From IMG/VR virus record IMGVR_UViG_3300021431_000079, positions 1 through 64,000 of that record: DNA of 64,000 nucleotides; one strand, 5' to 3'. Made by a program: the position numbers and the translations under genes. Of the stretch, positions 41,519 through 51,104 are shown one piece after another. The stretch comes from a virus. Taxonomy: Duplodnaviria; Caudoviricetes. Each line of letters starts with the position of its first letter. Positions within the stretch are counted from its first letter, which is position 1. Below the pieces are notes generated by a model. It worked only from the letters and a program-made list of their open reading frames with translations, had not been told where the DNA came from and did no database searches.

Positions 41519-42268
41519 ATGTCAGCATATGTAAAAGCATTAGGTTTCAAAGTTCCGATCATCGCATGGAGCGATGAGGCAGTAGCACGGAATGTGCGTA
41601 AGGCAAAAGAAGATCGTGACTTACTTATGCAGAATGTAAATGACATTCATGTTGACCTGCTTCCCGGAAACGAAAAAACAGGATGTATGAGCTACACAGT
41701 ATCTCTGTACCCGGTTCTGGATTGTGGTGGATGTAAGGGATGCCCTTGCAGAAACATCTGCTACGACTTGAGACATGATGTTATTAAAAAGGATTGCAGA
41801 AAGTACCGTCTGATCAATTCTGCTATCCACAAGGCAGACGCGGAACGTTACTGGAAGGAAATTGAAGAGCAGATTAACTCTCTCTTCTGCGTTTTTCTTA
41901 GAGGAAACGTAGGGGGAGACCTTACAGATGAAGATTTCTTCTATCTATTTGAAATGTGCAAGCGAAATCAAAGATGCACATTTCAGTATTTCACAAAGAA
42001 TTATAGCGGTGGCAATGCCGCTATCAAAGCAAACGATGGTATATGGCCTGAGAACTTAAAGCTCATGTATTCCAGACTTCCCGGACTGGATTGTCCGAAC
42101 CCTTATAATGTCCCAGAAGCACACATTAACTTTGGGGATGGATGTCCCTGCACTGCTCCTGATTTTGGGAGTTACTTTTGCAAAGGAAACTGCACTGCAT
42201 GTTGGTACAAGGCAGAAGGGTGCATAGGATGTAAGCCCGGAGAGAGCGTTACATTTAACGCCCACTAA
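41519..42268 (+). CDS. Gp88-like Cys-rich protein (radical-SAM-like fold)
   Basis: GNEKTG, CxxCxxCxCxxxCY, RGNVGGD, YFTK and C-terminal CxGNCxxC motifs. Confidence 0.65.
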   Translation: MSAYVKALGFKVPIIAWSDEAVARNVRKAKEDRDLLMQNVNDIHVDLLPGNEKTGCMSYTVSLYPVLDCGGCKGCPCRNICYDLRHDVIKKDCRKYRLINSAIHKADAERYWKEIEEQINSLFCVFLRGNVGGDLTDEDFFYLFEMCKRNQRCTFQYFTKNYSGGNAAIKANDGIWPENLKLMYSRLPGLDCPNPYNVPEAHINFGDGCPCTAPDFGSYFCKGNCTACWYKAEGCIGCKPGESVTFNAH

Positions 42269-42282
42269 AGGCAAAATTAAAA

Positions 42283-42318
42283 TCCCTGTTGGTAGGTAGG
42301 TTAGACCATCAGAAAGGA
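42283..42318 (+). promoter_or_regulatory. RBS-sequestering hairpin motif, copy 1
   Basis: TCC-CTG-T-TGGT[AGGTAGGTTAG]ACCA-T-CAG-AAA-GGA. Confidence 0.55.
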
Positions 42319-42326
42319 AACCAAAA

Positions 42327-42851
42327 ATGGAAATAAAGTATGGTTTCAAGCTCTTTGAACAGGATGCAAACGGAAATCTGTATCCTCTGTTTATTGACAA
42401 GAATACACCAGTTCCAATGTATAAATGGATTCATGCTGAATTCCATCCAACAAAGGGATTTGCGGCAAGAGGTGGTTGGCACATTGGAGCAGATGTCCCA
42501 GATGCTCCGTGGCTGAAGAGCTATGACGGAACGGAAACTGGATTCTACAAATCACGGTGGAAATCAGGCAAAAGAGTCTGGTGCATTGTTGAGTACAATG
42601 CAAACCACGACTACAATATGGAAGTATCTCTACTTCCGAAGAAATCCTTTACTGACAAAGTCCCGGAAGATGGTTTTTACTTCTTCCGTGAAGTCGGCAA
42701 GGGAACATGGATAATCACAAGCGATATAAGAATTATTTATGTTATTTCCGAAGAAGAGAGAAAAGAGATGATGGAGCTTAATGGATATGATGAAATTAAA
42801 GCGTTTGCTAAATACAAGGCAACGTTTGAAAAGAAAATGAGAATTGCATAA
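42327..42851 (+). CDS. hypothetical protein
   Basis: 174 aa; GFAARGGWH...PDAPWL motif. Confidence 0.7.
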   Translation: MEIKYGFKLFEQDANGNLYPLFIDKNTPVPMYKWIHAEFHPTKGFAARGGWHIGADVPDAPWLKSYDGTETGFYKSRWKSGKRVWCIVEYNANHDYNMEVSLLPKKSFTDKVPEDGFYFFREVGKGTWIITSDIRIIYVISEEERKEMMELNGYDEIKAFAKYKATFEKKMRIA

Positions 42852-43046
42852 GCGAAAGGAGAAAGAATTTGAAAAAGAAACTATATCCCGGAATTAAAGA
42901 AGCGGAGGCTGAAAAAAGAAAGCAGAAAGCAGAAAGAAAAACAGAACAGCCGGACTTTATAGGTGGAAAACCGAATTATGATGCGTTTGAAGGTTGGACA
43001 CCAGAAGAAGTTCTTGTTTGGTTGAATATTGATTAAGGAGGAAAAA

Positions 43047-43475
43047 ATGAAAAATATTGTCGTTTATGATGAGATCACGGCAGATGAGGCACTAAAACTC
43101 TATAGATGTACTGATGATGTCTATGCAGATGATCGTAATGGTGACAAAGGAAAACTCAGGCCACATTATGAATATGGCTCTCATGCTTCCATTGAGGAAT
43201 TATTTTGGAAAGCGGCAAGTCACTATAATTATGGCTATCATTATGAAGGTAAATTCTATAAGAGGAGGGTGACGAGAATAATGACAGTAAAAGAACTGAA
43301 GAAGGGAACTTACTTCACAAGAAAATCCATTGAATATCCCACAGATTCTCAGGTTTGGGTTCGCGGTGATTACATCAGAAGCGAAAAGAAATATGAGATT
43401 TACAAGTTCTCAGACGTAAATCACACTTCCCTGATCAATGGAGACAAGGAAGTCTTTACTGACTTCACGTTTTAA
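43047..43475 (+). CDS. hypothetical protein (possible fusion of two small genes)
   Basis: AAGGAGG RBS; internal RBS and ATG near 43281. Confidence 0.6.
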   Translation: MKNIVVYDEITADEALKLYRCTDDVYADDRNGDKGKLRPHYEYGSHASIEELFWKAASHYNYGYHYEGKFYKRRVTRIMTVKELKKGTYFTRKSIEYPTDSQVWVRGDYIRSEKKYEIYKFSDVNHTSLINGDKEVFTDFTF

Positions 43476-43494
43476 GCGAAAGGAGAATAAAACC

Positions 43495-43746
43495 ATGAAA
43501 GAAGACAGGAAGGCATTTTGTGAGGAGCTTTGTAAATTATTAAGAATGACCAGAAATGCAGGACATCCTGATTGTAACCCTTTGGTTGAGTTGCGTTTCA
43601 TTGAAACGGAAATGGGAGAATTTGTTCGTCCTATATTTGAAGACGGAACAGGAGAAAATGGATATTACGATGTAAACGTAACTGCTGACTCTAATATGGG
43701 AATTCTTAAAGATGTGTGTGACAGATTCATCTTTAAGAGGTGGTAA
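43495..43746 (+). CDS. small hypothetical protein
   Basis: AAGGAG RBS. Confidence 0.6.
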   Translation: MKEDRKAFCEELCKLLRMTRNAGHPDCNPLVELRFIETEMGEFVRPIFEDGTGENGYYDVNVTADSNMGILKDVCDRFIFKRW

Positions 43747-43850
43747 CAGAAATTGATTGTTGAACCTGATCATCACCACATGGTGGTGGTCAGTATTGAG
43801 CAATCAATGCCATAAGGTAAATCAAAGATTGCAAAGAAAGGAGTTCCGTT

Positions 43851-44078
43851 ATGAAGAAGCGGATCATGGTAACTGTTGTTTGTGTTGGACTTGCTATTGC
43901 GGCTTACTTTGTAGGCAAAGCAAACGGAGTTCGTCATGCTATAGAGGACAGCGAAATCTACACTGTCACTCGTTACAATCCTGATGATCCTGATGCTTCA
44001 GTATGGGAAGGATATGATCAGCAGATCTTCATTGATCTGGATGGTCAGACATATGTTCATGGAATGTATCAGGGATAA
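43851..44078 (+). CDS. small protein with N-terminal membrane anchor
   Basis: MKKR followed by a hydrophobic helix; AAGGAG RBS. Confidence 0.65.
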   Translation: MKKRIMVTVVCVGLAIAAYFVGKANGVRHAIEDSEIYTVTRYNPDDPDASVWEGYDQQIFIDLDGQTYVHGMYQG

Positions 44079-44103
44079 TTAAAAACAGAAAGGAGGAACG
44101 GAA

Positions 44104-44289
44104 ATGATAGACTACGCAAAACACTTTACTACGGCAGGTGAAGTAAGAGAGGAAATCAAGGCACTCGATGCATATGCAAAGAGAGAATATCCACAGTATA
44201 ACGATCTGTTTCTGATGCGTCCTGCTTCAAAGCGGATGGACAGATTGATCAGAATGTACTGGGCTTTCGAAAGGAGAGTAAGAAAATGA
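44104..44289 (+). CDS. small hypothetical protein
   Basis: AGGAGG RBS. Confidence 0.6.
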   Translation: MIDYAKHFTTAGEVREEIKALDAYAKREYPQYNDLFLMRPASKRMDRLIRMYWAFERRVRK

Positions 44290-44468
44290 GAATGTACAAT
44301 TACTTTTTATCGGACAAGGCAACTGCAAATAAGTTCTCTGCTTATTTGTATAAGCGGAGAAAAGAATTCACTGTATCCTGCATTGATGGGTGTGGATATC
44401 ATTTCGTGGTATCTGCAAATGCTGAGACAGCACAAGAGATCAACAACATTTTGGAGTATTGCCTATGA
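44286..44468 (+). CDS. small hypothetical protein (paralog of 35402..35587)
   Basis: AAGGAG RBS, GxGYHF motif. Confidence 0.6.
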   Translation: MRMYNYFLSDKATANKFSAYLYKRRKEFTVSCIDGCGYHFVVSANAETAQEINNILEYCL

Positions 44469-44644
44469 AGCAATACTCAGCAAGGGAACTAAAAAAGATT
44501 GTAACTGCAAACGGGTTTATTCTTGTGAGAACAAATGGTGATCACTTCATCTATAAAAGGGATGATGAAACCATTGTGATTAACAAGAATATAAACATGT
44601 GTGTTGCGAACAGATTGATTAAGCAACACAAGTTAGTCGTATAG
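44465..44644 (+). CDS. HicA-like RNase toxin
   Basis: RELKKIVTANGFILVRTNGDHFIYKR matches the HicA pattern. Confidence 0.7.
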   Translation: MKQYSARELKKIVTANGFILVRTNGDHFIYKRDDETIVINKNINMCVANRLIKQHKLVV

Positions 44645-44663
44645 AAAGGAAAGGGAAAAGGAA

Positions 44664-45221
44664 ATGAGGGATTTACAGATGTATGCAACAAAGGTAATGA
44701 AAATGTTAGATGATATCAACATCCCCTACAGAAAGCCGTATAGCTTCACTGTCAACACCAGAGCTACCACAAGATGGGGACAGACAAGGATAAGAAAGGG
44801 AATTCCTATTAACATCAACATTAGCAGTATTTTGCTGAGTGATGATGTAAGCGAAACTCAGCTTATTGACACTATAGCTCATGAGCTTATCCATACTTGT
44901 GTTGGATGTGGAGATCACGGAGACCTCTGGAAAGCATATGCAGAGCGGTTCAATAGGGCATATGGATATAATATATGCAGGACGAAACGTGGAGACGAGA
45001 CAGCCCACCAGATGATGCAGGAAAAGAAGAAAGATAATGCATATGAGGTGACTTGTGAAAAATGTGGAGCGAAATATTACTACCAGAGATGGTGTAAGGT
45101 AACTGCAAATCCAAGTCAGTATGTTCACAGTAGGTGTGGTGGTAAGTTAACTCTTACCAAGGCAAAACCCGGATTTCAGATATGGACAATTTCTGGAAAT
45201 GGGTACTGGAATACATTATAA
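44664..45221 (+). CDS. SprT-like zinc metalloprotease
   Basis: HELIH...HGDLWK and C-terminal CxxC. Confidence 0.82.
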   Translation: MRDLQMYATKVMKMLDDINIPYRKPYSFTVNTRATTRWGQTRIRKGIPININISSILLSDDVSETQLIDTIAHELIHTCVGCGDHGDLWKAYAERFNRAYGYNICRTKRGDETAHQMMQEKKKDNAYEVTCEKCGAKYYYQRWCKVTANPSQYVHSRCGGKLTLTKAKPGFQIWTISGNGYWNTL

Positions 45222-45233
45222 GCTAAATTAAAC

Positions 45234-45268
45234 TCCCTGTCAGTAGGCGGTTAGACTGTCAGAAAGGA
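45234..45268 (+). promoter_or_regulatory. RBS-sequestering hairpin motif, copy 2
   Basis: TCC-CTG-T-CAGT[AGGCGGTTAG]ACTG-T-CAG-AAA-GGA. Confidence 0.55.
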
Positions 45269-45275
45269 AAAGGAA

Positions 45276-45461
45276 ATGGCAAATTACAGAACAATCAGAA
45301 ACTTGAAGCCATATAGGGGAGCGAAAATAATGAGAATCCATGTAAATGGTGGATATCATTATTACGCAACGATCAACGGAAATGCAAGAGCGGCATATTC
45401 GTTGAGTATGATTAAGTTAGCTATTGATCAGGAATTAAAAAGAAAGGAAGGCGCGGAATGA
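45276..45461 (+). CDS. small hypothetical protein
   Basis: AAGGA RBS. Confidence 0.6.
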   Translation: MANYRTIRNLKPYRGAKIMRIHVNGGYHYYATINGNARAAYSLSMIKLAIDQELKRKEGAE

Positions 45462-45643
45462 AAACTGTATTTGCGAGAATTGGTATCTGCTTAGAAGTAA
45501 CAGATGAGGAATATAAGAACTTCAAAGAAGATAGGTATGTTAATGAGGATAACATCTCAGATGAACTTGCCGAGAGATTCTTGAAGAACGGAGAGTTGTC
45601 TGGTGACAGCTACATTCCTGAGAGTCAGTATGATTTTGATTAA
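45458..45643 (+). CDS. small hypothetical protein
   Basis: Coupled start. Confidence 0.6.
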   Translation: MKTVFARIGICLEVTDEEYKNFKEDRYVNEDNISDELAERFLKNGELSGDSYIPESQYDFD

Positions 45644-45659
45644 CGAAAGGAGATAAGAA

Positions 45660-45956
45660 ATGGAAATTAAAAGAAGATCAAAGTCGCTTAATTCAGAGGA
45701 GATCAGAAAGGGAGAAGCGGACGGGACGATGGTTTATCTTAAGTGTTCCAACAGTTTCTTTCCAAAGGTAAAGGAACTTCCAAAGGAAGCGAAGTTCTTA
45801 AAGCTTATGACTGGCTATGTAAGGAAGGACGAGATTGCGGTGCAGGATAAAGGAAACTGTGTTCTGTATCATACGCACTTAGTAAATGGTTCTCACAGAG
45901 AAAACAAGCATACATGGAGACACAATGTGTATGTGATTTATAAGGAGGAAGATTAA
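45660..45956 (+). CDS. hypothetical protein
   Basis: AAGGAG RBS. Confidence 0.6.
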   Translation: MEIKRRSKSLNSEEIRKGEADGTMVYLKCSNSFFPKVKELPKEAKFLKLMTGYVRKDEIAVQDKGNCVLYHTHLVNGSHRENKHTWRHNVYVIYKEED

Positions 45957-45957
45957 A

Positions 45958-46191
45958 ATGACAGTAAAGGAGTTTATAAATAAATGTTGGTGCTGTCAGG
46001 AGATCGCCATTGTTCCTGACGGAATGATTGTTGGAGAAAACCTTTGCACAAGGGAGCGGATGAAGAGATTTAAGAATATTAAATTTGTAACACCAATAAT
46101 CCTTTTAAGTGTGGTGTACGATGAGATCAACAATAAACAAGTTGTCTCATTTGGAGTCGTTGACAATATCCTTGTTATCGAGGTAAAATGA
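45958..46191 (+). CDS. small hypothetical protein
   Basis: AGGAGG RBS. Confidence 0.6.
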   Translation: MTVKEFINKCWCCQEIAIVPDGMIVGENLCTRERMKRFKNIKFVTPIILLSVVYDEINNKQVVSFGVVDNILVIEVK

Positions 46192-46204
46192 AAGGAGAAG
46201 CGAA

Positions 46205-46441
46205 ATGAGTGAGGAGCTTGCGGCAAGAGTTGACAGATTTTTATATGACCTTGATCCCTATGAATATGCAGATTCTGCGGAAGATGATATGGTAACATAC
46301 ATTATCAACAATTCAGAACCTATTCTGGATTATCTCTGGGGTGTTATAATAAGTGAAGATAACGATTGGCTTCATGAAAATTCTAAGGAAGCAAGGGAAC
46401 TGATCGAAATGATTGAAGATGAGATAAGCGAAGGGAGATAA
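46205..46441 (+). CDS. small acidic hypothetical protein
   Basis: AAGGAG RBS. Confidence 0.6.
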   Translation: MSEELAARVDRFLYDLDPYEYADSAEDDMVTYIINNSEPILDYLWGVIISEDNDWLHENSKEARELIEMIEDEISEGR

Positions 46442-46444
46442 GAG

Positions 46445-46696
46445 ATGAAAAATAAAAATATCGCCTACATCGAAGGATACGGAAATATAAATATGGATGA
46501 ATATAAGTCCATTGCAGAATGTATGTGCAATACAATTGATGTTGATGGCGCAATGGAAGATAAATACTGGGTTGAAGCTGATGTTGATTTAGCGGAGGCG
46601 TGGTATCAGTATAAAGGGTTTACCAAAGAAGATATCAAATATATTGATATGAGAGGCTTGTCTGACTTCTGGAATTTTGAAGCAGATAATGAATAA
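46445..46696 (+). CDS. small acidic hypothetical protein
   Basis: GGGAG RBS. Confidence 0.6.
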   Translation: MKNKNIAYIEGYGNINMDEYKSIAECMCNTIDVDGAMEDKYWVEADVDLAEAWYQYKGFTKEDIKYIDMRGLSDFWNFEADNE

Positions 46697-46754
46697 GCGA
46701 AGGGAGACAAGGGAAAAATGATTATAAATAGATTAAAAAAGTTGAAAATAATAC

Positions 46755-46783
46755 TTGACAAATTAAATAAGACCATTTATAAT
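46755..46783 (+). promoter_or_regulatory. consensus sigmaA promoter
   Basis: TTGACA-17 nt-TATAAT. Confidence 0.8.
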
Positions 46784-46827
46784 CTTGATTAGAACAAACA
46801 AATTAAAAACAAGAAAGGAAAACGGAA

Positions 46828-48075
46828 ATGGAAAGGTTTTATATCTACGAGGGATTTATGGATGAACTCAAAAAGAAAGCAGAAACCATCCGCAAGAAGT
46901 GTCTGCGGTTTGGCTGTGACTTCCACTTTGCTGAGACAGGGAACATTGAAATAAGGAAAGTCACGGATTACACAACAACAGATGGTAACGGAAAACATCC
47001 TGTTTACTATCTCAAGTTCATTGAGGTTGAGGCAGAGGGGACAGCAGTGCTTGACAACTGGCAGTTTGTTGCAAGCGTAGATCACACACAGAACGGAAAC
47101 ATTTTTAATAAGGCAATGGTTGATCTGGAAATCCCACAGAGATACTATTGCAGTGATCCGTACTGTGAACACTGCAATAGCAATAGGTACAGAAAGAATA
47201 CCTGCATTGTCTATAATAAGGAAACCAAAGAATTCAAGCAGGTTGGAAACCAGTGCTTGAAGGACTTCACCAGAGGGATGTCTGTTGCTTTTGCAACTTA
47301 TATGGCTTCATTAAAATCAATCTTCACTGAGTACGAAGAAAGGGAAGTTGATTTTGGTGGTGGTTGGAGAGGAACATATCATGAGGTAAAGGAAATCCTC
47401 AGGTATGCGGCAGAAACCATCAGACACTTTGGATGGGTAAACGTAAAGCAGGGTGATGATTATGATGTAGATCTTTTCAATAATACAAGATATAGGGTCG
47501 AGAAATACTATAATCTTGATCATGGTTACACAAGATTCTGGGATGATGATGAAAGAGATCAGGTCAGAACGGAAATGGAATCAGTTGATTTTAATCCTAA
47601 TTCAGAGTATGCTGTAAAGGAAACGGAAAAGGTTCTGGCATGGCTCGAAGCTCAGGAAGAGAATAACGATTATATTCACAATCTGAAGGTTATTGTTGCA
47701 AATGAATATTGTAGTAGCAACAGGTTTGGAATCCTTTGCTCTCTTTTCCCATCTTGTAACAAAGACCTTGAAATTAAAGCGAAAAGAGAAGCTGAAGCGA
47801 AATCTGAAAAAGCTTCTGAGTACATTGGTCAGGTTGGAGATAGGGTAGAAACGGAGATTCAGAGCGTCAAATGTGTCACCTCTTGGGAAACACAGTTTGG
47901 AATGACATTCATTTATAAGTTCGTCAGCACTGATGGAAATGTACTTACTTGGAAGACAAGCAAGAGCATTGACGAAGAGAGGTGTGTAGGAAAGAAGATC
48001 AAGGGAACTATAAAAGAACTCAAGGTTTTCAGAGATATCAAGCAGACAGAGTTAACAAGATGCAAGATTGCATAA
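46828..48075 (+). CDS. hypothetical protein with zinc finger and C-terminal OB-fold-like domain
   Basis: CEHC...VGNQC and YIGQVGDR...QTELTRCK. Confidence 0.7.
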   Translation: MERFYIYEGFMDELKKKAETIRKKCLRFGCDFHFAETGNIEIRKVTDYTTTDGNGKHPVYYLKFIEVEAEGTAVLDNWQFVASVDHTQNGNIFNKAMVDLEIPQRYYCSDPYCEHCNSNRYRKNTCIVYNKETKEFKQVGNQCLKDFTRGMSVAFATYMASLKSIFTEYEEREVDFGGGWRGTYHEVKEILRYAAETIRHFGWVNVKQGDDYDVDLFNNTRYRVEKYYNLDHGYTRFWDDDERDQVRTEMESVDFNPNSEYAVKETEKVLAWLEAQEENNDYIHNLKVIVANEYCSSNRFGILCSLFPSCNKDLEIKAKREAEAKSEKASEYIGQVGDRVETEIQSVKCVTSWETQFGMTFIYKFVSTDGNVLTWKTSKSIDEERCVGKKIKGTIKELKVFRDIKQTELTRCKIA

Positions 48076-48091
48076 GAAGGGAGATGCTAAA

Positions 48092-48373
48092 ATGTATTTG
48101 AAGTTAAAGAGAATTTATGATAGAGAACAGTTGCCAGTGTTCGTGATGGCAGTAAGTAATCTTCTGGACAAGGGATTTGCAAAAGTTCAGAAGATTACAG
48201 AAGAGGACATAAAGCAGATCAAGATGCCCGAAAACAGTTTCATGACTACTGAGTTTGCTCAGTATCTTACGGGGCTTACAAAGGAAATCGCAGATAATTG
48301 TGACTCTGTGGTGGAGATAATTCAATTTTGTTCAAAAGTCAAATGTTTTGATCAAAATTACGGAAGGAGATAA
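48092..48373 (+). CDS. hypothetical protein
   Basis: GGGAG RBS. Confidence 0.6.
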   Translation: MYLKLKRIYDREQLPVFVMAVSNLLDKGFAKVQKITEEDIKQIKMPENSFMTTEFAQYLTGLTKEIADNCDSVVEIIQFCSKVKCFDQNYGRR

Positions 48374-48379
48374 GCGAAA

Positions 48380-48631
48380 ATGAACACTTTGAAAGTAGGA
48401 GATCTTGTGGTAATTCTTAAGGATCTTCCATCTGGTATTGAAGATGAAGACGAATTCAATTGCAATGGAGAAGTAGGAGAGATCATCGAGTATAATGAAG
48501 ACAGGGATATGTATCTTGTGAGCACAAATGATTTCGTGGCTACTGACTGGTGGTGGTTCGAAGATGATTTGAGACTTGCCAATACGGAAGAAATAGTAGA
48601 AAAACTGAGAAAGATTTTGAAGGGAGAATAA
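48380..48631 (+). CDS. small SH3/KOW-like hypothetical protein
   Basis: LKVGDLVVI...GEVGEI pattern. Confidence 0.6.
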   Translation: MNTLKVGDLVVILKDLPSGIEDEDEFNCNGEVGEIIEYNEDRDMYLVSTNDFVATDWWWFEDDLRLANTEEIVEKLRKILKGE

Positions 48632-48746
48632 CATATGACAAAGGAAAAGAGAGCACCGTGTGAGAAGTAAAGAACGGAAAACCGAAGCAATAAAGCGCAA
48701 ATGAATAAATTAAAATAATATCACAAAGAAAAAAGGAGAATATAAT

Positions 48747-49742
48747 ATGAGTGCGAACGTAGAAACGATGTTTTATGTTGGTGAGACCCCGTGGCATGGA
48801 TTGGGAAAATCTGTAAAAGAATGTAAAAAAAGTGATGAGGCGATTAAACTTGCAGGACTTGACTGGGATGTAATTCCGAATCCCATTTATGATGGATTTG
48901 GAAGGGAACTCTCTGGTTACAAGGTAAACCTGAGAAGCACAGACAATAAGATTCTTGGTATTGTTTCTGACAAGTATAAGATTGTGCAGAACAGAGATGC
49001 ATTTGCATTTACTGATTCTCTGCTTGGTCAGGGAGTTAAGTACGAAACAGCAGGAAGCCTTGCTTCTGGTAAGAGAGTTTGGATGTTAGCAAGACTTGAA
49101 AATACTATTCTTGCCGAAGAGAATATTGATCCGTATCTGGTTTTCACTAACAGCCATGACGGAACTGGTGCTGTGAAGGTAGCTATTACGCCTGTTCGTG
49201 TCGTTTGCCAGAACACCTTGAATCTTGCATTGTCTACAGCAAGTAGGCACTGGTCTGCAAGGCATATGGGACAGATCGAAGACAAGCTTGAGGACGCAAA
49301 AATGACTCTTTTGAATGCTGAGACATATATGAAGTGCCTTGGTGAAGAGTTCGAAGCACTTAAGCTCAAGAAGGTAACTGATAGTCAGGTAAAGGAAATG
49401 ACAGATTATCTCCTGAAAGAAGAGTTTGAAACCGTATGGAAGAACGCATACGGAAATGACACTAATGGAAAGATCGTTTCCTTCCTTGACAGAGCGAGAG
49501 CCGCAAAGTACGAAGAGAAGATTGATCGTAAGAGAAATGAGATCCTTACCATTTACAATGACAAGCCTGATCTCAGAGACGAAGAGAGAACAGCCTTTAG
49601 GTTTGTTAATGCGGTAAGCGATTACGCAACGCATACCACAGACCATAAGAATACTGCCAACTATCAGGAAAACCTGTTTATGAAGACAGTGGACGGAAAC
49701 AATCTCATTGATACAGCATACAAAATTGCACTTGCTGTATAA
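48747..49742 (+). CDS. DUF932-family phage/plasmid protein
   Basis: PWHGLG, YETAGSL, NSHDG and TPVRVVCQNTL motifs. Confidence 0.85.
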   Translation: MSANVETMFYVGETPWHGLGKSVKECKKSDEAIKLAGLDWDVIPNPIYDGFGRELSGYKVNLRSTDNKILGIVSDKYKIVQNRDAFAFTDSLLGQGVKYETAGSLASGKRVWMLARLENTILAEENIDPYLVFTNSHDGTGAVKVAITPVRVVCQNTLNLALSTASRHWSARHMGQIEDKLEDAKMTLLNAETYMKCLGEEFEALKLKKVTDSQVKEMTDYLLKEEFETVWKNAYGNDTNGKIVSFLDRARAAKYEEKIDRKRNEILTIYNDKPDLRDEERTAFRFVNAVSDYATHTTDHKNTANYQENLFMKTVDGNNLIDTAYKIALAV

Positions 49743-49833
49743 GGCAAAAGGTATACTAATAATATATTTTTGGGGCAGGCCATCAAAATAGATTTTGATT
49801 GGACTAAATATATATAAAAAGGAGATAAAAAAT

Positions 49834-50778
49834 ATGAATAATATAATTACTTATTTTGAGGCAGAAAAGGATTCCAGAAATACCTACAAGCTCAACAACG
49901 ATATCATGATTCCTGTTGGTGTATATAGAGACAGCACAGGATTATATACTCACTATGAGTGTGATAATGACAACTGGGAAGATGAAATTCTTTTTCCAAC
50001 AGAAATTGTAAGGTCGTATTTCTATACTAATAACATATCTGACGAGCACACATTTGAAGAATGGTATAAGGATGAGTACACACTTGATGAAACCGATGGG
50101 CTGTATAACTACGCAATTAAAAAAGGTTTTTATGGAATTCGTCCTGATGGAAGATACCTTGAAAACGAAATGGAAATATTTAAAAGTGGAGTAAAGCTTC
50201 TAATTCATCACAATGATATGATGGATGTCGGTAACTATCTGATTGAACTGATTTCTGATGAGACTGGTGAGGTGTATAGAACGCAAATGACCGTTGGCGT
50301 AGATGCCACATGGGAAGATTTTATAAATGTACTGGTAGCCAATGTAACAGAGGAGACTGACATAAGACTTGATAGATGTGAGATCAAGATCATGCATGAT
50401 GCAAATGCATTTACAATATCAAGCGCACAGAAAAAGATCTCAAAAGAGATGGTTGAAAATATCAGTGGTATTGATGAAAGCGAAAAAGATGTGTGTGATT
50501 TTGACAGCGGATATTTGACGGAAAAGATCGAATGCGCAAGGCATAACGGAACAACGTATGATTTGGATTGCATGATAAATCTGAATAATATTTTGAAATT
50601 CAGTATCAGTTGGGAGTTATACAGTTTTATCAATGCAAAGGTAGATGATATTATGGAGTGTGATAAGGAAGATTATTTAGCGCTTCTCAGATTTGTTTTT
50701 GAATATGTTAAAGAAAAAGAAAACAAATCTAATGAATATGGCAAAATTAGAATAATGAGAAAAGGGAGTTTAAGATGA
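49834..50778 (+). CDS. acidic hypothetical protein
   Basis: AAGGAG RBS, ATG at 49834. Confidence 0.65.
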   Translation: MNNIITYFEAEKDSRNTYKLNNDIMIPVGVYRDSTGLYTHYECDNDNWEDEILFPTEIVRSYFYTNNISDEHTFEEWYKDEYTLDETDGLYNYAIKKGFYGIRPDGRYLENEMEIFKSGVKLLIHHNDMMDVGNYLIELISDETGEVYRTQMTVGVDATWEDFINVLVANVTEETDIRLDRCEIKIMHDANAFTISSAQKKISKEMVENISGIDESEKDVCDFDSGYLTEKIECARHNGTTYDLDCMINLNNILKFSISWELYSFINAKVDDIMECDKEDYLALLRFVFEYVKEKENKSNEYGKIRIMRKGSLR

Positions 50779-51104
50779 AAGAGAATTATGCTTATATGAC
50801 TATTGAGGAGTTTGCCGATCTGATACAGAAGAATGAGGGAAAGGAAATCGGTTTCTGCGAAGCCGGAAAAGAAGATAATGGTAGGTTTGATTATAATTGG
50901 TATTGTGCGGCTGTCATGAAGATATTTGATGATAAAAATCTTATTTGTGGGTATTGCGGTAGCGGAGTTGAATACTGTGTGTCATATAACGACATGACAG
51001 ACTTTGATCAGAAAACAGTCGCACAAGAACTTGAAGGTTATATTAAAGACAACCTTGGTTCTTGGGTGGAATATGTGTGTGTTGATATGGATGATCTGAA
51101 GTAA
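50775..51104 (+). CDS. hypothetical protein
   Basis: Coupled start, GGGAG RBS. Confidence 0.6.
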   Translation: MKENYAYMTIEEFADLIQKNEGKEIGFCEAGKEDNGRFDYNWYCAAVMKIFDDKNLICGYCGSGVEYCVSYNDMTDFDQKTVAQELEGYIKDNLGSWVEYVCVDMDDLK

